A stretch of 63,769 nucleotides of DNA, filler included. It is 14 parts of 14 records of this genome, joined end to end, with 100 filler letters (N's around TTAATTAATTAA, not from the genome) between each part and the next. Parts side by side here need not be neighbours in the genome. Positions count along the whole stretch, not along the records: positions 1 to 2,049 come from SRR9670534_482; positions 2,150 to 4,814 come from SRR9670534_488; positions 4,915 to 10,806 come from SRR9670534_492; positions 10,907 to 14,748 come from SRR9670534_493; 10 more parts are not named here. One strand, given 5' to 3'. Below the pieces are notes generated by a model. It was not told the origin of the DNA, searched no databases, and saw nothing but the letters and a program-made list of their open reading frames with translations. Positions within the stretch are counted from its first letter, which is position 1, and every line of letters starts with the position of its first letter. The translations under genes were made by a program, and so were the position numbers. Below are positions 1 to 13,900 of the stretch, piece by piece.

Positions 1-704
1 CTTTCAGGTATAACATATTCCTTAGGCAAAACAATCTGCGATCGTACATAACAATGGTCTGCCAAAGTATCATAGGGTTCAACACCCCAATATGTAGTTT
101 TCAAACGACAACCAACACAAGTTAGATCAATAATTGATTCCCCTTGGGATCCTACAAAAGTAGGTTCACCTTTACCATGTGCGTTTAAAATATCCAATTC
201 CTCTGTAATACAAAAATTTAAGAATTTTTCTCCTCTGTCATTCGATACCCAATCCTTCCAATATGAGTGGCGGGCATTTATATTGGTTCCTATTAAACAA
301 TATCCTCCTTTATAGATTGGATGAGCACAAATTTGCTGAAGTTTACCAACCACTGGAAAGTTTTGATCTGCATAATAGGAAACCACAAGAATTTCTGAAT
401 CCAAATAAAGCACTACTGCGATACAATCAGCATTCGAATATTCACGTAATAAGGTACATGGTATATAACTTTTAATAAGTACTGCTGCTCTAAAATGATT
501 ATTTTCTTTTACATAATAACTATTATAATCCGGATAATCAAAAAACGGATCGTTACTACCTTTATCTATGTAGGGCTCTTGTAATAAAACACAAGTGTTA
601 TTCGCAGGTAATATATTTGATAAATATGCTAATGCCAAGCGCTTATGTTGTAAATTCGCCTATAATACATTTAATCTATCAATATAATTATGTTGTTTAA
701 TCAT
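1..704 (-). pseudogene. LINE ORF2 N-terminus, apurinic/apyrimidinic-type endonuclease (not in the ORF track)
   Basis: Manual translation from ATG 704: LNVL*ANLQH...VLLQEPY...RAAVLI...LIGTNINARHSYW...NDRGEKF...PTF...SIIDLT...ADH. TAG at 662-660. Confidence 0.88.
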
Positions 705-1932
705 AAATAAATTTTGACAGCATCTTCGATCTGTTTCTTGCAACAAAACAGGCATCATATTGCTTGGCATTGTGAACAACATTAACTTTGTCATTTCTTT
801 GATTGTTATGTTCAATACAGTTTATACAGCGCCATCTGCTTCGGTGCATAGCAGCTCTGTAATTGCATCTCAAAGACTCATGAGCCCCACCACAATAGGC
901 GCAGCAGGTGGCCTCCTGGCAGCCAGATGCTGAATGCCCAAAACCTTGGCAATTAAAACATTGGAATAATTGGCTAAAGTCTCTCACACGACAGCAACCA
1001 TGGTAGGTAAAAACACGTTCACTATTCTGTTTAATCAAAGTTCTAATTTCAGGTGATACCTGTGCAATCCAATGTTGTGATCTTTGGGCTGGGTCTAAAT
1101 TTTTTACCAAAGGATGCAAAATTTCGAAGTTTGTATCATCAGCATTTTCCAAACAAGGATTATGGTCTTTCAGAATGTCCATTAACAATTCTTTGGTGGT
1201 TATAGCTACTGAGACCCCTCTAATTAAAATTCTTGGCAAGCATTTTTCCACAGCTTTAACAGTGTAATTGTCCGTAAATTCTTTTGTTCCTGACAAAATA
1301 TCAAAAGCTTTTTTTGCCATATGTTCATCAGTAAAAGAAACAGCCAATCCTTTGCCGTTAATCAGTTTTCGATTAAACATTTGAAATTTATCTTTTCATG
1401 GTTCCAACCAAGTTTCAAGCTTTTTATCCAAATCTGTAAATTCAACAGAATTAATTCTGCTGTTACCTGCTGCTCCTGCATCTTTTGGTCTGATCAAAAT
1501 TGCCACTGAAGAATCTGGTTCTGGTGGTGGAGATGGAGCCGGCCAAATAGGCATGGAAGGAGCTTCAGCTTCTGGTGGTTTAACTTCCCAGGATTTTGTT
1601 ACTAATTCAACATTCGCTTTATGTAAGTCAATAATCTGTTGTTTATCCTCTTTTTGCTCTTCCAGCGTTCTAGCATATAAGATGCTACAGTGAGCCACAA
1701 TTTCCCTTGCTTCCGAAATTGTTGCTTTTTTACAGCCTTTATCACTTTGTAACAGTTGCAAAAGTTTTTCATGTAATTTCGACATTGATGTTGTCGAAGG
1801 CACCAAAGGGGTTGTGCTTCCTGAGGCCACTACCGTTTGATTCAATGAAGAATCGTCCTCTTCAGTTTATTCTTCTTCCTCATTGCTTGTAGCTGAGGCA
1901 AATGAGGACTTTAGTCCTTTCTTAGCTAACAT
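697..1932 (-). pseudogene. LINE ORF1 (gag-like, zinc-knuckle nucleic-acid-binding protein) with two premature stops
   Basis: One frame from ATG 1932 (MLAKKGLKSS) through TAA 1869-1867 and TGA 1398-1396 joins track ORFs 1396-1845 and 697-1380. Motifs CFNCQGFGHSASGC, CAYCGGAHESLRC, CINC...H...C and PRILIRGV. Confidence 0.88.
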
Positions 1933-2049
1933 AATAGAAAAAAGGAAATTCTCTCCTTAGAAAACTGGTTAGCCGGCTAGCTGAGCGAATAAAGCAAAAA
2001 GATCTAACCTTCAAAACACGAGATTTTACATAATAATTATATAAATGTT

Positions 2050-2149
2050 NNNNNNNNNNNNNNNNNNNNNNNNNNNNNNNNNNNNNNNNNNNNTTAATTA
2101 ATTAANNNNNNNNNNNNNNNNNNNNNNNNNNNNNNNNNNNNNNNNNNNN
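2050..2149. other. Artificial contig linker
   Basis: 44 N + TTAATTAATTAA (stops in all six frames) + 44 N. Confidence 0.98.
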
Positions 2150-2345
2150 TGAACTTAGTATGAAATTACACCATAATTATTCTTTTGCTAACAGTAGAAA
2201 ATGGGAATTGTTGCAGATGTAGTTTATAAATTATATATAATATTATATAATAGTTTAGCTGTCAGCTTAAAATTAATGCCACATAGTTATTATCAATAAA
2301 AAATTAGCCACTACTGTAAAATCTATTTTACTTTATATCCTTGTC

Positions 2346-4814
2346 ATGAAATTTGTATTATTTTTTCCAATATTGTTGTCATACTTTGGAATATTATTAG
2401 TATTAGTAAGCAATGGTTACCTTTTTGATAAGGAATGTGTTACAGATGTTTGCATGGCTGGATTTCAAACAGTTTTTTCTGAAGATCTTGTGAAATATGG
2501 CTGTTATATCATTGAAGCTGTACATTCATTTGATGACTTTATTTGCACATTTTCTATACAGAAACATGCTGAAGTAGTTGAAACTGTTGTTTTGTCATTT
2601 CAAACCATGCATGTTTACAATCTTGAGATTTTTGTTGATATTTTTGATGAAAATGAAAAATCTCAACATAACTTTCATTTATTTAGTTTATCAAATCTAA
2701 CTTATAATGCAACTAATTATAATGAACCCATTGTTAGACTGCTAGAGTTATCAAAAAAGACTACAGGATGTAACATTAAAATATCAGCACATAGTGTTGA
2801 TGGATTTCCTATTTACATTAGTTTGTATCCTGGAATGGCCTTATACAATACAGGCTTTATCGAAGGAATTGATGAAAAGACTTTCAACTTACGAAGTCAA
2901 ATGTTTAACTTGACAACATTACGGCCAATTTTAATGAATGAGAATGATAACACATTTGTTTATTGTTTTACATCAAATAGATCAATATTTATTTACCAAG
3001 CATTAGCAGCATCATTAAAGTGCACAAATTCATCATACTTGGCAAATATGCTAGCTTTTGAATTAGTTTCTACAGATGATTATAGAATTAGGTATGATTC
3101 TAACACAGTATATGGTAACTTGAGGTTATGTAAAAATTGTGATACATTATATGTTTTTTTCCCATCATTTGTTCTATTTGTTGAAGTTAGAAATACCATA
3201 GATGTTTGCTCTTTAGTAATTGAAGGCCTTGATCCCATAAAACATCCAGATGCTAAATTTCCATGTACAGATGACAGTAATAATGTTAGTTATTGGATAG
3301 ATATTGATAATATAGAAACATTTAATCAAATTTATCTTAGATATTATGATTTACCATATGGAAGCAAGAGTCAAAAATTCTGTTCATTGTCTTTTTTGTC
3401 TATAGGTATCAAGCCATTCATTGTGCAATTATTTGATGCTACTGCTGAGTTATTCACAGTATCATTAGGAATTAGTAAAAATCGTTCCAAAGTTTTAAAG
3501 CATATTGAAACAAAGTCTAACTTGGCAAAATTACTTATGTTAAGTGATTACTCATTCACTTTATCATTTATATACAGAGTTAATATCTATGTAGATGCAG
3601 TTTTATTTATTTCAATAATTGATACTATATATGAAAATCAGCTTGTGCTAAAAATACCTGATGAATATGTAGAATATACATCATACATATTTTTGCCTAC
3701 AAATATTTTGACTAATGGCACAATATCTATAAACTGTAAAGCTTATGCTAAATATTGCTTAGACTTTTCTGTTGGACAAGAAGAAAATCAAATTAATGAT
3801 AAGTTTTTTTATACTAAAATTAATAGTTACAATTTAACCTTATATCCAAATTCCCAATATTATAACACTATTGAAGATGTTTGGGGTTTGGAAGTAGATG
3901 AGAAAAATAACTTTTATATATGGTCTAACTTTTTAAACTTTTTTATACCTAAGCAGAATGACATAAATCAAATGGCTAAAGTTTATTTTACTATTGAAAA
4001 TAGTGAAGTATTAACATATAATTTAACAGCATCAAACAAAAGTATATATCATATTATGTTCAATAATAGTTCAAAAATGAAATTGGTTAAGTTAATTATC
4101 AACTCAACAATAACTTTTCATATAGGTGATATATCTAATATAGTATCTATAACTACAAATGCTAATGACAGATCAGTTAAAAGATTGAATAGATTGATAA
4201 TAATAAATTCTGCTATTGCAGATGATAATACTCATCATATAATGCTATTATCTTCAAAAAGTATGGTTATTCAAATAAATGTACATTTTGTATTAGAATT
4301 TAGAGAAGTTAAACTTTATAAAAATGAAATTAAGCCATTAGTAGTTCAAATGCTAACTCATATTTATGTTGAATCTGATTTTGGACAAAATTTACAAATT
4401 ATATTTACAAATGTATCAAGTTGTATAATTTATTTATATGATCAAAATAAGGATAAGTGGACATTACTTTATGTTTTTGAAAATTCAGTTACATATCCTT
4501 GGTTCAAAACTTTTTTACAGATTAACTGCAAGATAATTTCAATTATAACTTTTCAGTCTATATCCAATCAAGAATTTAATCTTAAATATTTTAAGAATTC
4601 AAGTAATGTACTATTTCATGATAGTGCTACTACAGATTTAAACAATATCTTTAGTTTATTTTTACCAGCTCTAGATGGACATATTTACCAAACATTTTGG
4701 TTTGAATTAAAGACTAGAACATTATTAGTTGCAAGTTTTGTAAATTATAGACAGTTTAATCCTAATTTTATGTGTGGTATTGCAGGATTTATTAATTTAC
4801 AATGCAAGTTTTTG
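2346..4814 (+). CDS. Large intronless secreted or membrane protein of unknown function; 3' truncated by contig end
   Basis: More than 820 open codons in very AT-rich DNA; hydrophobic N-terminal signal-like segment; scattered Cys and N-x-S/T sites. Confidence 0.7.
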
Positions 4815-4914
4815 NNNNNNNNNNNNNNNNNNNNNNNNNNNNNNNNNNNNNNNNNNNNTTAATTAATTAANNNNNNNNNNNNNNNNNNNNNNNNNNNNNN
4901 NNNNNNNNNNNNNN
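4815..4914. other. Artificial contig linker
   Basis: N44-TTAATTAATTAA-N44. Confidence 0.98.
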
Positions 4915-5646
4915 GGTAAAGCAATCACAGTATTATAATACTTTGTATTATTAATAAGTATGATGTATTATAAGACCGTGTATACATGAATAGTATATCG
5001 ATATATCTATCGTTTTATATAATGCAATAACGATCGTTTCATATAATACAATAAATAACTCTATATTGCAAACTAGAGCACATTTCACTATATTATGTAT
5101 ATTATGCAATACTATTGCATAATATATACATAAAAACATTAACATAAAATAGCATTATATACAAAATACAATATTTTGTAATAGTATATTATGGATTCCT
5201 ACTACAGTTTCTATGTAGATAAAAATCTTGCCTTATAAATTATAAGTTATTTGCTGAAAATTAAACACACATGTTACAAATGCACAACTCCATACCACAA
5301 ATTCCATCCTGCAATTTACATTATTATAATAATATATTATTAAAAAGTATAAAAATAGCTTGTTAAGTGTGGCCAGGTTTTGATATAGTTTAAATAGTTC
5401 ATTATATAGGCCTACAGTATGTAATTATAAGAAAATGCATCCATGTACATATTGTATTATTGAGCAACAACTTTTCTTTATTATTCAATATGATTATTTA
5501 TGTTTGTACTATTATAAGAGACAGACCATAATCTTTGATCATAATTATCGTCCCTTCTCTAAACATAAATTATTCCCATTGCGATAGCATTGATACTATG
5601 TTATTATGTATTATTTTTAATATTAATAAGATTTTCTTGGCTTTAG

Positions 5647-8600
5647 ATCAAAGTAATGTTGTTGAAAAGCACAGTACTGGTGATTTTATGCCTTGCCACA
5701 CAAGTTTGCCTTTTTTGCAAAAAGAACAAGACGTTAAGTTTTATAACATACTTCCTGAAAGCCAAATTATGGAAGTAAAAAGGGAAAATAATAAGGAAAG
5801 GAATTCTGATGTAACCTTGACTGAATCATTAAAATCCAGTTCTTCAGATTTAGCTCATGCTAATGAAACTGTTAGAATGGCTGGGTAATTTCATAATTAT
5901 TTTTTATAATATCATATGATAACTCATAGCAAAAATAAATTATTAATAATATTGAGTTTCAACAATGCACAACATATTAATATAGCATCTATTATTAATA
6001 ATAATAATTATGCATTATGTATTATGATCTAAACAATCGTTCACTGAACAAATGGCATAATATCATACTCTAGACTAATCCGTTTCTTAGATATCTTTCG
6101 GTAAAGAACTGGCTTGTTGGTACCAAGAAATGTCGATTAGAATTTGCAGCCAAGAGAAATTGGCAGACGTATTGGACAATATTAAGAGGGACTACTCTTC
6201 TTTTTTATATCAAATCCGATGATTCGAGTTTTGCAAGCCAGCTTGGTATGTTTTTTATTTTAGACTTAGCTAATTGCATAAATGGCTTTATCGAATTAGT
6301 TATGATTAGTTTTATGAATAGAATACAGCAGCAGTACGGTTACTATGGATATGACCGCAATAAGTGCGACATCTTTTGTAGTTTTAGAAAGCTTTAATTT
6401 TTTTCGACAATTATTTTACGGTGATCTTTATTACATATTCTTCAGCCTTGTATTTCAGCTTGCTTGTTTTAGTAATTGACTCTGCAATTGTTCAGCCACT
6501 TCCGGAATATGCTAAACGAGACAATATCTTTAGTTTAAGTACTTCTCAAGGGAATGCTGTGCTATTCCAGGCAAGATTCCAAATTGGCCGTCCTACTTAA
6601 TTATTAATTACAATTTATGTCTCTTACTTTTAGACTGCGGAACAAACTGATATGGAAAATTGGGTAATCAAAATACACTCTGCTTGTGCTTCAGCTCTTG
6701 CCAAAAGGTCACAAAGTAGCACTAATAATCCTGCTCTTACTACCTTGGGTTTTCTCAATAGTGAAATTAGCCAAACTGAAAGCAGCATAGCAGAGGTTTG
6801 ATAGGCTAGCTATTATTGCATTTATAGTAATAACTACTGTTCGCAAATTGTGATTTATGTGGCAACAATTAGATTAATGAATGATTGACATGAGTTAGTT
6901 AACGTGTTGATAATAATGATATGAATTATTATGATTATTATTCTAATTACATAGGACATGAAAATGAAAAGAATGGCCCTCTTGCAGTTAAGTAGAATTT
7001 CTAATGCTAAAAGCAAAGAAGCAGTTGAAAAGCAAATTTTTCAATGGGAGTGCAATCTGGAAAACCATCATATTTACATGTATCAAATCAAATGCTATTT
7101 AGCATCAATAAAGGGGACAGAGCTACCCAATCCTAAAGTAAGCTTTTAACTTATGTTCAGGATATAATGCACTTTTCAATTTTGTAGAGTCTTCTGTGTC
7201 ACGCAACAAAATGTACCAAAGCTTATTTGACTAAAATGGGAATTTTTAATGTTTCGTCATTTCACGCATATGCTTGCGCTAGAAACCCTTCTGCATATTC
7301 TTTTCTGCTTATTGATAAGGATCAGTTAGGGAGAGTGACGTGTTCTCAAACGACCACTAAATCAACTGGGGCTGGAAAGAATGATCCATGGGATTACCAC
7401 CAATCTTCATTCATTAATAATCTTTTCACTTCAAATATAGCTGAGACGAGGTATGTATTGCTGCCTATGAGATAGCGCATATGCAGTACGTATGTAGAGT
7501 AATAATTATGTCTAAGCTTACCCTTCTTATGATGATCATTATAATTTTTCTTCATTCAACCATCTATTTATTGGCAATTATTATAATTTTCTTTAGAGGT
7601 GACCTTGTTGAGGATAGTGCTAAAGCCTCTTTAATTGCCAAAATTAAAGCCACAAAAGTTAATAATAACGGCACAAAATACTCTGAAGCGTTATTCTTGT
7701 CTATTATTTTGCCAGATGCTTCTTTGGTATGCTTTGACGTTACTGTATACAGTATATTCACTACATATTATGTAGCATGTCTTATCACATATTGATAATA
7801 TATGTAACTATTTTTGTATCATTATATATAATAAATATTTTTAAAATATCATAATTGTCTAGCTTGTAACGACCTGTGTAATGATAAATAAGTAACTTCA
7901 TTTAGAAAAATCATAACTTTTAAAGTTAAACTTTATTAAGTTAATTGCTATTATAAATGATGTTTAAACAATTGTTATAAACCGTTTATAGATATGTAGT
8001 GTATGTATAAATTTGATAATTCATATGTGAAATAAATAATATAATTTTAAATTATTATATTTTATAAATTATGTTAAAAATAGCAATTATATCTTAATAA
8101 AATAAATTTGTAATTATCACTATAAAGTATTCGAATAGTATATAATCTGTAACTATAGTTATTAATTAACTTTAACTATAGTTAATTACTATAATAATAG
8201 TTAATTACTATAGTTTAATTAACTTTTTACAAAAAAGTATTACTACAAATATAATACAGTATGTATTTGTTAATTATTAATTATAATAAATTATGTTTTA
8301 CAACCAATGTAACATTGTATTGATTTATGGCTACAATTTAAATTATCTGCGCGAATTTGCAGCAAGTATTGTCTTTATAGATAGAGTATCCCATTGGAGT
8401 AAATACCTGGCAAAACACCTGGAATGAATTTGTACAAGTAATTTGCAACAAAGTTGGTCTAGTTTCCGAATATTTTTATGCAAGATATGTTAAGAAAAAT
8501 ATTATGAACAAATCCTATGATATGTCTTGTACAGCTGCCACAAATGAAGTCAAAGTGTATGTTATTCCTAGCGAGGATGAGCGTCTGTTGCAATCGCAAC

Positions 8601-10500
8601 ACGAAATTGGTCACATTGAAGTTCGTCCTAAACATGTACATCAAATGGTCCTAGTTAGAGGTAACGATACCGATGTTTCATCAGGATACCAATTTGAAGT
8701 TGAAGCAGAACTTCACCAAGGTGCAATAAACAAAAAAGAGAAAGATACGGTTAAGATTTTTGTTAGAGATGTCACCACTGGAAGTATGGCATTTGCCAAA
8801 GGTTTAAGACCAGGAGATGAAATATTGGTAATCAATGGTAGAATTGTATCAAATTTGGATATGATATTCATTGAATCTTTATTACAACAATCAGAACTTG
8901 TATTAACAGTAAGATCATCACCTCATACAGGACATCTAAAGGATGGTTTTTGTCAAAAGGAAGATACTTCATTCATTGCGTATGGGACTTCTTACAAAAT
9001 GGATAATGTTAATAATAAATTTTGTCACGAAGTTTCCCCATCACAAACACAATCTGTGTCAAATGGATCTAATTCAGCAAGAGTAAGTTCATTGATTGCT
9101 TTGATTAGTCAGTGGGTGCTGCAAGCGAAGTACCCTAATAAGATACATATTGTTATGTGAGAAAACACCATCAATCCAAAATTATAATATGTTCCAAATA
9201 GATGGAGCTATGTTTAGTGCACGAATTTTTATTGTTAGTTTACCTGTGAGCCTACGTCATTTATTTGTCTTACGTGGACGTATGTCCGTCATGCCTATAA
9301 TTTCTAACGGCCTAAGGATATGCAGTGACCAGTAATCTGGCAGTGCCTGCGATTTTCCTAAACACACATCATTTTAATTTTCTTTTTTATTGACGTGGTC
9401 ATGGGTGATTTCTATATTATACCTCATTTCCATTTTGCTATTTGTACTTAGTCTGCCAGTCCTCTCTGCCTTACTTCGCTTTCCCATAATGGATCTGCTG
9501 ACATGAGTGACAAAAATCTTCCTACTGGTGCTATTATGAATATGAAAATACTTTCTGCTGCTCAAAGAATTCGAAATGTTATAACTGAATTACTCGACAC
9601 CGAAAAAACTTATGTTTATGTAAGGGATTTCTCTCTCTATTGGTTATGAGCCAAATAACCAAACGTTCCTTGTATTCTTTAGAACCTGAAGGACCTTCTT
9701 CACAAATACTTGGAACCTCTAAAGAAGAAGCACATTCTCTCCAGTGAAAATATTAAAATTTTATTTGGTAACATTTATGACATCATAGCTTTTCAAGAGA
9801 AGTTTCTAAACTGCTTAAATGATACCATCGAAAATGACTATCAGTTTCAGAGCTACGAAGATGCATCAGCCTTTTCTGTAAGCAATACCTGTGTACCTAT
9901 TTTGTTATATTAGTAGTATTACCATATACATAGTTTTTTATTAACTATTGATATCTTGACTGCAGGATATTTTGATCAAAATTGGTACCGTTTTCAAGAC
10001 CTACAATGACAGCTTTAGACTATATGCCATATTTTGTGCAAGTCATAAAAAGGCTCACCAGATTTTGGCTTCAGGTTTTGTAATTATTCTATTGTTTACC
10101 TTGATTAAGCAAATTGTTCATCTGTCACAATGCTTGCTTTGTTTAGAGAAAAGCAATTCACCTCTTGGCGATTTCTTGACAGTAACAAATCCAAACAATG
10201 AGCATTCATTAACTCTAGAATCATACATGTAAGAATAATTTAAATAGATGACACTGTTATTATTTGATTAATGCCAATTGCAGGATTAAGCCAATTCAAC
10301 GAATTCTCAGGTATCCTCTGCTATTAGAAGAAATGAAAAAGTTATGTATTCCAGAATCAGAAGCTTTTCAATGTTTAAAGGATGCTTTAGATGGAATACA
10401 AACTGTAGCAGAACATATAAATGAAATGCAAAAAATTTTTGAAATTTATGGAGATGTTCTAGAATATATGCTCAGAGAACACCAACATCTTAAATTTCAG
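5647..10500 (+). CDS. TIAM1/still-life-like Rac GEF (PH, CC-Ex, RBD, PDZ, DH); multi-exon, partial
   Basis: Spliced exons give GYLSVKNWL...[18 protein letters not shown] (PH), [50 protein letters not shown] (PDZ), [10 protein letters not shown] and [14 protein letters not shown] (DH). Confidence 0.92.
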
Positions 10501-10806
10501 GTAAAGTGTTATTTTGGAAGTTTTGCATGTTTTGAAGTTTTTCATAATTTCCTTTCTTAATGTTTTAATATTTGATTAAAATTTATTAATAATATTTAAT
10601 TATAATTTATTATTTAATTACATTATATTATAATATTTTCTCGGAAAAAAGTATCATACTTTTGTGCCTTATTCTTAGATATAAAAACTGCATGTCTTTT
10701 TCGATTTTATAACCTAAGCCTATGAATTTATTATTATGTATCAATTAATGTGCAACTCAGTTAAGGCTTAAATTATTTATATCATTGGGTAAAATATTAG
10801 TAAAAC

Positions 10807-10906
10807 NNNNNNNNNNNNNNNNNNNNNNNNNNNNNNNNNNNNNNNNNNNNTTAATTAATTAANNNNNNNNNNNNNNNNNNNNNNNNNNNNNNNNNNNNNN
10901 NNNNNN
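10807..10906. other. Artificial contig linker
   Basis: N44-TTAATTAATTAA-N44. Confidence 0.98.
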
Positions 10907-13900
10907 TCGAAATCTTACCCATTTGATGATGCAGCATAGTGTATCTAAAACTTATTAAACAGATTGCTAAGAAATAATCTATTCACCTATAGTCTTTATT
11001 AGGTATAATCATTTTGCCATCTTTCTGCCACGATAACATTGGCGTTGGGTTACCAATAGCTTGAACAGGCAACTTTACGTTTTCACCTTCTGTCACAACA
11101 ACATTATGAATTCGTTCAACAAATGAGGGTGCAACCAAATTTTGACGATCTGTAAATTAGAAATTGTATTCTAGACAGCAAATATTACAAAAATAGCAAA
11201 CCTAAGACATTCAGATTAACAGTAAATTCGGCACTGCCACCAATGTTACTTGCAACGCAAGTATAGGTTCCTGCATCTTTTTTGTTTACATTACTAATTA
11301 TCAAGGAATGGATTCCATTTTCGTTTACTGCAATTTTGTGGTAGAAGTCATCATTAACCTTTACGCCTTCCTTATACCAAGTGATCTCAGGAATTGGTCT
11401 TCCAGTCACAAGGCAGTCAAATCTAATAAAGCCGCCCTCTCTTATTTCAGCATCCTTTGGTACTTTTCTAAAACTCGGCTTCAAATATTTTTCATCATCT
11501 TCATGTTCTTCCTTCCTTGGTCGCCTCCTAAAAAATTTGAACGTACAATTTTTTTGAACATCTGAAGTATGGAAAGTTATAATAAAAGTTTATGACATAC
11601 TTTTGTTCTAAATGTGCCAGTGCTACTCTGTCTACGTAACTAGTTTCATCAATTTCTCCAATAACATCTACCTGAAGCATAGCTGTTGATGAATCTTTAC
11701 CAGATGGATTCTCAACTACAATGGTGTAATGGCCTCTATCCTCCGGCTTTAAATGCTGAACTGCTAATGTTGCATTAACACCATCAGGAAAGGCTATGAT
11801 GTGTCTTCTTGAGGGTCGAATCAGTGTGTTGTCTTTTAACCAGTGAATTTTTGGTGTTGGAATTCCAGTAACTTTCGCACTGAAAACTGCTGTATCCCCT
11901 TCCTTTACATGCATACTTTTGATTTTCTCAACAATGACAGGAGGTACACCTTCTCTTGTTGGTAAAGGTGGCTTACCTCTGTCTCTGTCCATGCTTGACC
12001 TTCTGGGCAACGTTAGTACTTTTCGTGGCGTTGGTGGTGTCATCAGCGGACGTTTATCCTAACAATATAAGTACAATATGAAATATAAATCATATAAATA
12101 ATACTAATATTAGTATTAATAATAGTAATAATTATCAAAATTATAGTATTGTATTACTACTGTATTAACTATAGAGTATATTATACCAAATTAGAATGTA
12201 CTATTTTTAATAATACTCTACCATTTCATGAGGTGCAAATTCTTGATCTGAATATGAGATGTCAATTAGTTTTTGCGATCTTGGTACATACAGGGGTCTT
12301 GGAGAACCAGTTGGTGTAACACTTCTTCTGTGTAAAGTATGCTCTAATTCTCGTACTAGTATTTTACGTTCTTCTCTTTCCTTTTCATCTCTTACCCAAA
12401 GTTCATATCTCTCTGAAAGATGTATGTATTAGTTTATTATTATTATTAATCAATTGAATATGCAATATCAAATGTATATATGTACACAATTTGCAAAACA
12501 GTACGCAAACAGATACCCCTGGGCATGACATATGCTACAGTTTCTGTATGACCAAATTTGTTGGTAGCATTACATATATATTGTCCTTCATCAGAAAAAT
12601 CCAAATTATTGATAAACAGCGTGCAATCGCCATTCTGATGATTTGTGGCTATTTTATGCTTATTTGTTGGATATATTCTACTTCCATTATGTGTCCAAAA
12701 TATTTCTGGAAATGGTTGCCCAATAACTTTACATTCGAAGGTTGCAGGATGACCAATGTCCATCCTGATATTCCTTATCGGAACTATGAAGGTAGGAGCA
12801 CGTTCACCAGCAGATTGTCCGAGTCCTGAAGCGTCAATGGAAGCACTGGATGTACTTCTTGAGCGTCCATAGACTCCTGAAAATTTAGTTTTTAGTATTG
12901 TACTACACAATTTGTAAATAATAAATCACTTGAATTTTGAGCAACATAGATGAATATATTTAACATTTAATATCATATTAAATAATATAATATAATGCAT
13001 GATATTATATTAAATAATATAATATCACATTAATATGATATTATATAATACATATATTATTAACAAACATTATTATTAAAATAATAACTCATACGTTCAA
13101 CTATAAGTTTTGCTGAAGTGGACTTTGCTCCAAGTTGATTAGAAATACTACATGTAATTTCTCCTGCATCTTCAGGAAATACCTCCTGAATGATTAGAGA
13201 AGCAATTCCATTGTCATATGATTGAATAAAGTCAGGTGAAGGAGTAAGTTCATGCCCATTCAAGTACCATTTGACTACTGGCATAGGATTGCCTGTTACT
13301 TTACATTTCATTATGATTTGACTTCCCTCTTTGACTATAATGTCACGTAGAGGCTAAAATTATATCATAGTTAAATTTAGTTTTGACTCACAATCAGAGC
13401 TACTGCAGTTGTTGCTTTTAGTACTAAAACGTATCAGAGCATCTAAGAAGGCTTGACAGCAAAATTTGAAACAACAAAAAGCAGTAACAAATTACGTTCA
13501 TATATAGTAACAATACATCTAACGTTTCCTGGATTAATTATTTGAATATTTAAAAATTTGTGATCTTATCCTATGAACTATGATATATCATATGGTTGCT
13601 ATAATCTATTATATAGTTTCATTCACATAGCTAAAAGCACAAGCCATTGTACTATACAACCATGCAATTATTACAGCAATCATAGATATAATATGAAAAA
13701 GTAACAAGTCTAGCAGTAATTAATAATAATTAAAATAGTCTAAACAAACAAGGGCTTACAGCAATAATTTCAGGTGCAATATCTCTTCTTGGAGTACTTT
13801 CGCGACTTGACATTTCAATCATCTATAAATAATAACACTTATAAGGAAATGGAAAATTGATAACCAATATGGCAAATGGCATATTAGCTTTAATTATTGC

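Larger units (their letters stand above)
1..1932 (-). mobile_element. Non-LTR retrotransposon (R1/I-group-like LINE), 5' half: ORF1 plus APE endonuclease; inactivated, cut by window edge
   Basis: Gag-like ORF1 with C-terminal CCHC knuckles is followed by an overlapping ORF2 starting with an APE domain; three in-frame stops. Confidence 0.9.

Noticed and set aside
660-1869. Stop-codon reassignment or read-through as the explanation for in-frame stops in the LINE
   Set aside because: All three stop types occur, host genes end normally on TAA, TAG and TGA, and single-base mutations explain each case.
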